This document shows, piece after piece, positions 16,281 through 23,917 of a stretch of DNA of 32,000 bases. Location of the stretch: NCBI RefSeq assembly GCF_000020025.1, contig NC_010628.1:420001-452000 (forward strand), read 5' to 3'. The stretch is from Nostoc punctiforme PCC 73102. GTDB taxonomy: Bacteria > Cyanobacteriota > Cyanobacteriia > Cyanobacteriales > Nostocaceae. Each line of letters opens with the position of its first letter. The first letter of the stretch is position 1. A program made the translations under genes and the position numbers. The notes beneath the pieces are model-generated. The model did not search any database. It had not been told where the DNA came from and saw nothing but the letters and a program-made list of their open reading frames with translations.

Positions 16281-16592
16281 ATGCTGTTGACTTCAACGGA
16301 TGCGGGACAAATCGCTTTAGAACTGCTCATGGCAGATTGGAATATTTCAGAAGAGAATCGAGAGTGGTTCACAATCTTTAACTCTCGTCTGATTGGCGAG
16401 AGTTGGTACACTGTGGAATTAGGTGTAGAAGGATTTCCCGATAGATGGTTTATTCAAGTATATGACACTGGAGCTTGCGATCCAAACTATACATTTATAT
16501 CACCAATCCGTGGTTCTGAAGGCTTCACAGATTTTGTAAATGTGCCAGATATCATAGCAGAGGTATTAGTTTGTGAACGCAATGCTCGATAA
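16281..16592 (+). CDS. Hypothetical small acidic protein
   Basis: 103 aa. The ATG lies 2 nt after the upstream stop (TAAAAATG) and is preceded by AAGGAG, so translational coupling is likely. I recognise no motif. Confidence 0.6.
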   Translation: MLLTSTDAGQIALELLMADWNISEENREWFTIFNSRLIGESWYTVELGVEGFPDRWFIQVYDTGACDPNYTFISPIRGSEGFTDFVNVPDIIAEVLVCERNAR

Positions 16593-16758
16593 TAATTAAA
16601 AATTCAACATTTAGAATTCAATATTGAAATGTGCTAATTAAATACATTTTATTTGAATTCATGGTTTTTGATATCAGAGTATTTGGGAGCATCTATCCTT
16701 GGCAAATATACCTGTCGATGAGAAATCGCGGTTAATCTTGCACGCTGACTAAAAAACT

Positions 16759-16780
16759 AACCCACAGAAGTGGGTTTTGC
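16759..16780 (+). terminator. Small terminator-like hairpin
   Basis: AACCCAC-agaa-GTGGGTT is followed by TT, giving GTGGGTTTT. It lies 167 nt after the 16592 stop. Confidence 0.4.
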
Positions 16781-16856
16781 ATTGATAGCCGCGATCGAGG
16801 TATTCAAATCAATACTTTGATATTTCATTCAATCTAAAGATGCTTTACGCAAATCG

Positions 16857-16890
16857 GAGGTGATACCAAATAAGGTACACCTCTTTTTTT
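16857..16890 (+). terminator. Strong Rho-independent terminator with no ORF immediately upstream
   Basis: GAGGTGATACC (16857-16867), loop aaataa, then GGTACACCTC (16874-16883, one bulge), followed by TTTTTTT (16884-16890). Confidence 0.65.
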
Positions 16891-16974
16891 ATGTAATATT
16901 TAATATTTTATTTAAACCTCATAAGGTATTTTGTCATATTTAATTGATAAAATTATGTTATATTAAATAGCGTG

Positions 16975-17337
16975 ATGGACGCTACAGAAATATCAGTTCC
17001 AATGATTGCTGAAGATATCTTAGCCAAAGAATTCACAAGAGTCCTCAACCACTACTACCCAAAAGTTGGGGAATTACTAGATGGGTGTTATGTGAAAGTC
17101 ATCACCTGTTTTTGGGGACGACCTGCTAGACGGTTGCAATATATAGGAATTTATTGCTCTGACGAAATGATTTCCTATGTGCAAGCCCACAAAGAAATTC
17201 TCAGAGAAGTTGCAGACAATATGGGACTAGTCCAAGTAGTCTGCATGAATGCCAAACGATTATTGCGCGATCCGATGTCGAAGGTCAAACATAACAACCC
17301 ACGCCTATGGTTGGAGTTGCAGTGGGTTGCAAATTAG
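16975..17337 (+). CDS. Hypothetical protein (120 aa)
   Basis: The ORF track lists 16972..17337 (GTG). The ATG at 16975 is the next codon. I recognise no motif. Confidence 0.55.
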   Translation: MDATEISVPMIAEDILAKEFTRVLNHYYPKVGELLDGCYVKVITCFWGRPARRLQYIGIYCSDEMISYVQAHKEILREVADNMGLVQVVCMNAKRLLRDPMSKVKHNNPRLWLELQWVAN

Positions 17338-17452
17338 TCTTTGATCGCATTAATGGAGAGGAGTAAAGGTATTTGTAATATTGAAGCACTAAAGTGCTTA
17401 CTACAAACCTATCGACCACTAGAATAGCCAGCACAAAGTATCAAAGCAAGTA

Positions 17453-18460
17453 ATGAAAACTGGAATTTTCTGCAATTACGATAATCATCACCAAGATGCT
17501 CGTCGTGCTATTTCTGAGCAAGTCGCGCTGATAAAACAGGCAGAAAGTTTAGGTTTTGAGTCAGCCTGGGTGAGTGAGCATCATTTTAGTGAATCCAATC
17601 TCAGCCCGTCTATGTTGCTGTTAATGGCACACTTGGCGGGATTGACTTCAACTATCCAACTGGGCACTGCGGCAGTGTTACTGCCATTCCATAACCCAAT
17701 TCGGGTAGCGGAGGATATCGCCACTCTGGATAACCTGTGCAATGGACGATTATTATTTGGAGTTGCTAAAGGTGGCCCCTTTCCCCAACAAAATAAACAT
17801 TTTGCGACACTCCCAAGTGAAGCCCGTCCTAAAATGCTAGAGGCGATCGCATTGGTTCAAAAGCTTTTATATGAAACTGATGTATCATTTAATGGCAAGT
17901 ATTACCAGTGCGATCGCCTGACCATTTACCCAAAACCATTGCAGAGTCAAGTACCAGTGTATGTTGCTACTGGCGGCGATGATGGTATCGAACTTGCCGC
18001 TAAACATTCCTTCAGCTTGATGGGTGGGCCGCCATTCTCCCTACACAGATTGAAGGATACTGTTGCTAAATATCGAGCCTTAAATTCTAGTGGTGCAGAA
18101 AACTTCGTGCTGGCACGCTTTTTTTATGTTGGCAAAACATTTGACGAGGCTGTGAGTGAAGCGTTACCTTTTGTTCGCCAATTTAGCCAGAAAATGAAAG
18201 CTAATACGGCTCAAGTATTGCAGAATAGTGCGAATCCCAACCAAAAACCATTCGATCGCACAAATATTTGTTTCGATGAAGATTATTTGATTGAGAACTC
18301 AATCATCGGTGATGTGGAGACTTGTAGAGACAAAATCAAGAAATTTCAGGATGAATTAAATTTAGGTACGCTAGCACTCAAACCCTCGTCTGCGGATCTG
18401 CAAAAAAACCTGGACAGTTTGACGCGCTACAACCAAGAGGTGCGAAATTATGTCTTCTAA
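17453..18460 (+). CDS. LLM-class (luciferase-like) flavin-dependent oxidoreductase
   Basis: 335 aa, with the N-terminal signature ...QAESLGFESAWVSEHHF... and a TIM-barrel LLM-like layout. Confidence 0.85.
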   Translation: MKTGIFCNYDNHHQDARRAISEQVALIKQAESLGFESAWVSEHHFSESNLSPSMLLLMAHLAGLTSTIQLGTAAVLLPFHNPIRVAEDIATLDNLCNGRLLFGVAKGGPFPQQNKHFATLPSEARPKMLEAIALVQKLLYETDVSFNGKYYQCDRLTIYPKPLQSQVPVYVATGGDDGIELAAKHSFSLMGGPPFSLHRLKDTVAKYRALNSSGAENFVLARFFYVGKTFDEAVSEALPFVRQFSQKMKANTAQVLQNSANPNQKPFDRTNICFDEDYLIENSIIGDVETCRDKIKKFQDELNLGTLALKPSSADLQKNLDSLTRYNQEVRNYVF

Positions 18461-18824
18461 ACTATACCTGCTTCCTCCCGATGATTTACCTCCCACTGGG
18501 GTAACGAAACAGGATGGAATGCTGCAAATGGAGCTAGAACAGTCTACTGGTAGATGCTTTTATCTAGCTTGCGATCGCATTACGCGAGTCCTATTATCTA
18601 ATTGTCAGTGGTATCTCACAACAAATGCTAGCATCCTTACATTAATTGTTGACTGCCCTGATTTAGTATCTTACTGGCATATTGTTAGCAATATTGCCCA
18701 GTTGGGTAATAGGTTAGAACGGTTTGCTAGCAATGGCAAAATCCGCGTTTATCCACCATTTGGAAAAGGGATGCCATTTGAAATCAGCGTAAATGAAATA
18801 TCTGCTTATCGAGATTGGCTTTGA
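18450..18824 (+). CDS. Hypothetical protein (124 aa), translationally coupled to the LLM gene
   Basis: The ATG at 18450 overlaps the LLM stop (18458-18460) by 11 nt. I recognise no motif. Confidence 0.55.
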   Translation: MSSKLYLLPPDDLPPTGVTKQDGMLQMELEQSTGRCFYLACDRITRVLLSNCQWYLTTNASILTLIVDCPDLVSYWHIVSNIAQLGNRLERFASNGKIRVYPPFGKGMPFEISVNEISAYRDWL

Positions 18825-18865
18825 GGTAAATAGAAACTGGGAATCACACAAAATATAGCTGTCTT

Positions 18866-18905
18866 ACACCCTGTACTCCTAAAGTGCAGGGTGTTGCAAT
18901 TTTTA
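18866..18905. terminator. Long hairpin terminator between convergent genes
   Basis: ACACCCTGTAC (18866-18876), loop tcctaaa, then GTGCAGGGTGT (18884-18894, one G:U pair), followed by tgcaaTTTTT on the plus strand. Confidence 0.6.
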
Positions 18906-18931
18906 TCAAAGCTGCTCTCAAAATAGCAGTT

Positions 18932-19603
18932 TTACAGAATAGAATTCACTCCCAGACGCTCACGAATTTCGCTAACTTGTACATCCCAAAGTTGATCCCA
19001 TTTTTGCGCGATCAACTTGCCTGGAGTATGAGAACCCACCCTGTAGCCGCGAGATATTTCTGTCATCAAAGCTTTAAAATTAGTAGGTTGATAAAGACTA
19101 ATCATCACCATGCCAAAACTCAAAAGCATGACGCTGATGGGAATTGGGGTCTGAGCTAAGAAAAAAGCTTGTAGACCAATTTCACCAAATACATTTGTGT
19201 CAAATCCAGCGACTACATGATATATGTCATGGGTGGATCTCCAAAGCATTTTGAGATAGGAAATATCATCAACGACAGGAACTTTTTTGTAAAAATAGGG
19301 ATCGAATCCTCTAGCTTTCATTTCTCTAGCATAAACATGACCTAGTGTTCCTTCTGGGAGTTTGGCTAGATCATCTAAATTGAAAGGGGCCGGTAGCCAG
19401 CGTTCTGAAAATAAGGCATTGACTTCAGGGATTTTTTTTAATTCATCAACAGCTAACTGTGCCATTTGTGTTTGGTCGAGTGCGTCCTCGAAGTCAAATA
19501 CTCTATCAGTATTACCATCTCCGATTTTTTGGGCACTAGATGCTAGAAATTGAATGTAAGCAAGAAGTCCTTTATCATTGTTGTAAGTAATTACATTCTC
19601 CAT
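18932..19603 (-). CDS. Coq4-family protein
   Basis: 223 aa with the Coq4 zinc-ligand motif HDxxH-x11-E (THDIYHVVAGFDTNVFGEIG). Confidence 0.75.
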   Translation of the reverse strand: MENVITYNNDKGLLAYIQFLASSAQKIGDGNTDRVFDFEDALDQTQMAQLAVDELKKIPEVNALFSERWLPAPFNLDDLAKLPEGTLGHVYAREMKARGFDPYFYKKVPVVDDISYLKMLWRSTHDIYHVVAGFDTNVFGEIGLQAFFLAQTPIPISVMLLSFGMVMISLYQPTNFKALMTEISRGYRVGSHTPGKLIAQKWDQLWDVQVSEIRERLGVNSIL

Positions 19604-19912
19604 AGTAATTCTCTGCTTTGAGATATAATTTTGCTACTTGAAATCTGAGTCTTCAATATTGGAATATAATTATCCAGGCTTTCATGAATCTTCAGAGGTA
19701 TTTAGCGAAACTTTTTGCTATAAATATGTCTAATTAACAAATTGACTTTGACAAATAATTTTAGATTTCACTAAACCGTATTAGATTAAAAACAGTTAAT
19801 AAAAATTAGAACATAGATATTTAGTAATTTCAGGGGCAAAGCTTCTAGTAAAAGGTTATAAATTTAAACCAGGTTTTTTATCTTAAAGCTTTGCCCAAAA
19901 GCTAGTGTTTGC

Positions 19913-21496
19913 TTACGCTAAAATCGCCATTCCCGAAGGAGGCAAATCAATTCGCACAGTTGCACGACGGTCGTTATGATGTTGTACAGCTACAGTTTGG
20001 TCGCGGGGTGGGTGGCGTAAATATGAATCGCTCCAATCGCTTTTGTATAAAAAGGTCATAGTCGAATCTTGAGGATGCATATAAGTATCTACTGTCACTT
20101 CTGCACCACGATTTTCTAAGCCGTTGGTATTCAGCACCATCAACACTTCTGTGTCAAATAAAGTCTGTGACCAAGCAACTAATTCGCCTTGTCCAGGAAT
20201 TGAGAAGGGGGAGTTAAAAAAGGATGTTTCGCGTAGGTAGTGATGTCCACGGCGCAATGCTTTACCAATTTTATCGTGACTGTTGCGAATCCGCGCGATC
20301 GCAGCTATCCGCAAATAAGTAGGATGGTCGATATCGAAAAAATGACAGTCTGCTGTTTGAAATGCGCCAAAAGCACCGCCAAACATTGCTTCTTTGATAT
20401 ATCTATCTTCCGCAAACTTTCTACCTTCTATGCTGTAATCGTGATAACCTTCATTGCCATCAAAAGCCTGTTCTGTTCCATAATAAATAGCAGGGATTCC
20501 TGGCATGGTTAATTGCACACCGACAGCATGAGCAACTTGCTCATAGAGATGAGGGACATTGCTGTATGCAGCAAATCGCTGTTTATTAGTCCGGAATGAC
20601 ATCTCATAGTCATCCAAGATGGAGACATGATATGTCCCAATTTGGCGGTATTCTCCAGCGAGATTGTTTTCGCTATACAAATCGAAAAATTGCTTGGGGT
20701 GTACTAACCCTTTGGCGAATGCAGCCAATTCATTAGGGGTCTGTGCGATGTCTAATACAGCACTAAAGTTGCGAGCAATAATGTCTATGTAAGCACCAGC
20801 CATACTACCGGAGGTTATTTCCCCAGTCAGTAAAAAGTTGTCTTTATCGATAGATTCGGCGTATTCACGGATAGCTGTGCAGAATTTGCGGGAATCTTCT
20901 GGAGAAACGTGCTTGAGGCTATCTATCCGTAAGCCATCGCAGTCAGAAAGAGCAATCCAATATTGATAAACTCTGGCTAGAGCTGCAATTACGTCATTTC
21001 TGTGAAACCAGTTATCAGCATTCTGGTTGTATATTACATCGAGGATGACATACATCCTCCGATCGTGGGCAGCATCAATTAAATCTCTTAAATCTTGACG
21101 GGTGCCAAAGTGGGGGTCAATATCTAAAAATTCTTGAATGCGATCGCTATGGTAAGCTTCTAACTCAGAACGTTGTTGCCAAGGTGGATTAATCCACAGC
21201 GTTGTTACTCCCAATCGTTGCAAGTAGTCTAATTTACTCTTAATTCCCCTAAGAGTACCACCTACGAACTTTGTCCCTGCTGCCATCCAGCCAGCTTTAT
21301 CTTTAACCTGGAATTTTGCAAGATTGGTGTGGTCAAAAAGCTCCCTTTGATTTTCATTATCGTCACTGAATCTATCTAATACCAATTGGTACAAAAACTG
21401 GTCGCGCCAACTGATAGGACTCGGATAAACTCTCCCTCGTGGTTTTAGGTCTGTTTCAGAGAGTTGCTGGGGTGTCAATTCTTCAACTTTAGCCAT
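19913..21496 (-). CDS. GH13 (alpha-amylase family) protein with non-canonical catalytic motifs
   Basis: GH13 region II GLRIDSLKHV and region III LLTGEI are present. Region I reads DVIYNQ and region IV reads ILDDYE. The segment between regions I and II is only about 35 aa. Confidence 0.8.
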   Translation of the reverse strand: MAKVEELTPQQLSETDLKPRGRVYPSPISWRDQFLYQLVLDRFSDDNENQRELFDHTNLAKFQVKDKAGWMAAGTKFVGGTLRGIKSKLDYLQRLGVTTLWINPPWQQRSELEAYHSDRIQEFLDIDPHFGTRQDLRDLIDAAHDRRMYVILDVIYNQNADNWFHRNDVIAALARVYQYWIALSDCDGLRIDSLKHVSPEDSRKFCTAIREYAESIDKDNFLLTGEITSGSMAGAYIDIIARNFSAVLDIAQTPNELAAFAKGLVHPKQFFDLYSENNLAGEYRQIGTYHVSILDDYEMSFRTNKQRFAAYSNVPHLYEQVAHAVGVQLTMPGIPAIYYGTEQAFDGNEGYHDYSIEGRKFAEDRYIKEAMFGGAFGAFQTADCHFFDIDHPTYLRIAAIARIRNSHDKIGKALRRGHHYLRETSFFNSPFSIPGQGELVAWSQTLFDTEVLMVLNTNGLENRGAEVTVDTYMHPQDSTMTFLYKSDWSDSYLRHPPRDQTVAVQHHNDRRATVRIDLPPSGMAILA

Positions 21497-21758
21497 GAGG
21501 ATTTACACACAGATAGGAAAATGGAAGTATGCATTTTAGATGTTAGAAAACATACTTTAAATTTTCATTAACCTGCGGGGGGATTTTGTAAATTAGCGAC
21601 TTTATTTTTCGATGATAGATTTTAGTTTAAACACATAAGTGCTTTGCCTGACCGCAGGGTAGGGATGCAAGAAAAAGTGTGGAGGAACACAAAAAATACG
21701 GAGAGATAATAAATAGGATTTTCACAAATAGTTTAAGGCTGCTATAGAATTAAAATTC

Positions 21759-23609
21759 TTAATTAGATTTTTGAGAAATTATCTTATAAAGGTTATCAAA
21801 CTGAGCTATGAGTGATGGAGGAACAGAGGTAAAATTAATATAAAAATTTCCTCTAATTGTCGGTTTTTCTAAGACTTTTGCATAGATATCTTCACTGACT
21901 TGCGCTGAGTTTTTAGATATGAAAAGATTGATTTTAAGATTAGTTAGTTTCGGTGGTACTTCATTGGGAATATCTACTTGTAATTCAGCTCCTTTTGCTG
22001 ATAGTTTGACTAAACGCCCATAAAAGACCGGATTTCCCATTTGCTTGTCATCTAAAATAGTGTATAAAAGCGGAATCTCTTGAGGAACAGGTAAAAATAA
22101 TTCTTCTTCTTTGGGTAAATAAAGATTGTATCGTCCACCCACACCATATACTTCGTAAATGGTAATTGTCTGGCTCAAACCTTTTGGCTGAACTTGCTTT
22201 TGTCCAATAATTTTGATGCTCGATCCGACTTCTTTGAAAGTCTGTTCAGAAATGAGAATTTGACCGCCACTAGTATATGACTCAATTCGATAAGTGAGAT
22301 TTACTTGACTACCGACAATTCCATATTTAGTCCGCTTTTCGGAACCAATATTACCGACTATAACCTCACCTGTATTTATACCAATCCCCATTTCTAATGG
22401 TGGCCAGCCGAGAGTTTTCATCTTTTCATTAACGCCACCCATTGCTAACTGCATGGCACAAGCACAAGTAACTGCTCTGAGGGCATCATCTTCTTTAGCG
22501 ATCGGGGCACCAAATAAGACTAAAATACCATCTCCCATAAACTCATCAATTGTGCCTTGGTAATGATTAATCACATCTGCCATGTATTCTAAATAGAGGT
22601 TGAGAATGTGAATTACCTCTTCTGGTGGAAAGCGTTCTGAGAGAGCAGTGAAGCCTCTTAAGTCAGAGGTGAGGATAGTAATTTTGCGGCGTTCACCACC
22701 AAGTTTTAATCCTTCCGGGCTTTCTAACAAGTTAGCAACAACCGTATCACTCAAATATCGTCCGAAAACTTGGCGAATTAATTGGTTTCTTTTTTCTAAT
22801 TCAGTGTTGGCTTCTGCTAAATCTGTAGTTCGTTCTTTAACCCGATGCTCTAAATTTCTGCTGTTTTCTCGGAGTTTCCCAACAACAAGTGTCAATCCTG
22901 AAAGTCCTAAGACCGACATACCGCCTAACATAGCAAAGGTTCCTTGGAGACTTTGGTTGGTCTTGGTTACTAAATTATCGAGAGATTGAGAAATCTCCCA
23001 AGCTCCAGCAACATCTCCTACTTCCCAGTTTTTCTTTGGACTAGTGGCATCTGTGTTATGACAAGTTACACAACTTGCTTTCATGAGGCTAGCTTGTGCA
23101 TAACGCAAGGTGGTGTTTCCATTTTTCTTCTCAAGACGATAGAATTTTTGACGAGGGTTTTCTTTCAAGAAGTTGAGTGCATCGCGCTCAAATTCGTCTT
23201 TTGCTCCCCCTTTCGTGCGCCAAGGATATGGATAGTTACTATATAGTCTTACAGACATTTCGGCATTTTTTTCACTAATTTGCTCACCGAGTTCGATCGC
23301 GAAAGTTGAAGGTAAGGGGATTGCGCCTTTGGTATTGAGGTAAGCGTGGGTGACGGTAATTCCAGGTACGAGTTTAGCTCGATCTGCGGCTGCGGCGCTG
23401 TAGAGGTCAAAAGCTTGAGTTAATGATTGAATGTTCAAAGCAGCATTTTGCACTGCTTGAGATTCAATCAAGCTCGATGAAAGCCTAGACATATTAGAAA
23501 TTGCGATCGCGATCGCTACACATAACATCAGCGTGAGTACGAGAGTAATTCTCTGTAACAGTAAACGTAAAAGCGATTGCCAAATTCGATTAATTAATAA
23601 CTGAATCAT
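21759..23609 (-). CDS. Membrane-anchored class III adenylate/guanylate cyclase with a periplasmic c-type haem sensor domain (DUF3365/Tll0287-like)
   Basis: An N-terminal TM helix is followed by about 190 aa containing CVTCH (plus strand 23058-23072). A second TM helix and a coiled-coil linker come next. The cyclase core carries ILTSDLRGFT...FMGDGILVLFG...GINTGEVIVGNIG. A C-terminal extension of about 130 aa resembles a PilZ-like beta-barrel (tentative). Confidence 0.88.
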   Translation of the reverse strand: MIQLLINRIWQSLLRLLLQRITLVLTLMLCVAIAIAISNMSRLSSSLIESQAVQNAALNIQSLTQAFDLYSAAAADRAKLVPGITVTHAYLNTKGAIPLPSTFAIELGEQISEKNAEMSVRLYSNYPYPWRTKGGAKDEFERDALNFLKENPRQKFYRLEKKNGNTTLRYAQASLMKASCVTCHNTDATSPKKNWEVGDVAGAWEISQSLDNLVTKTNQSLQGTFAMLGGMSVLGLSGLTLVVGKLRENSRNLEHRVKERTTDLAEANTELEKRNQLIRQVFGRYLSDTVVANLLESPEGLKLGGERRKITILTSDLRGFTALSERFPPEEVIHILNLYLEYMADVINHYQGTIDEFMGDGILVLFGAPIAKEDDALRAVTCACAMQLAMGGVNEKMKTLGWPPLEMGIGINTGEVIVGNIGSEKRTKYGIVGSQVNLTYRIESYTSGGQILISEQTFKEVGSSIKIIGQKQVQPKGLSQTITIYEVYGVGGRYNLYLPKEEELFLPVPQEIPLLYTILDDKQMGNPVFYGRLVKLSAKGAELQVDIPNEVPPKLTNLKINLFISKNSAQVSEDIYAKVLEKPTIRGNFYINFTSVPPSLIAQFDNLYKIISQKSN

Positions 23610-23917
23610 TCGAAAAACTGTTTTTTACTAGTTAAAATTTTTGCAGAATCTAGAAAATATTAAAATAATTAGTAATTTTTATCAGTAATTAAGTTTTGCA
23701 ACGGTGAGAAAGACAATATTTACAAAACTTGCTGATGACAAACCCAGGAGCTTAAACCCCCAAAAATTTTTAATGTCTTGGTTTATTGCTCAACGGCAAA
23801 GGCTTGTGTAAAGAATTTGTAAAATTTTGCATATTGTTTTTGCTATTATCTGATAAATGAATTATGGCATTCTAATTATAAAATTTAAAGTATATTTAAC
23901 TTTTGTCGATCGCAGCA

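Noticed and set aside
16205-16411. 68-aa minus-strand ORF overlapping the junction of the second and third small genes
   Set aside because: It is antisense to two tightly coupled plus-strand ORFs and has no supporting signals.
18884-19553. Plus-strand ORFs 18884..19159 and 19362..19553
   Set aside because: They are antisense to the Coq4-family CDS. The first begins inside the terminator hairpin.
19830-19900. 11-bp-stem inverted repeat GGGCAAAGCTT...AAGCTTTGCCC downstream of the GH13 gene as a terminator
   Set aside because: The loop is about 42 nt and no T-run follows on the minus strand. It may still be a structured element, but I cannot support a terminator call.
20240-20512. 90-aa plus-strand ORF inside the GH13 gene
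   Set aside because: It is antisense to the GH13 CDS and has no motifs.
22648-23246. Plus-strand ORFs 22648..22989 and 22986..23246
   Set aside because: They are antisense to the cyclase CDS.
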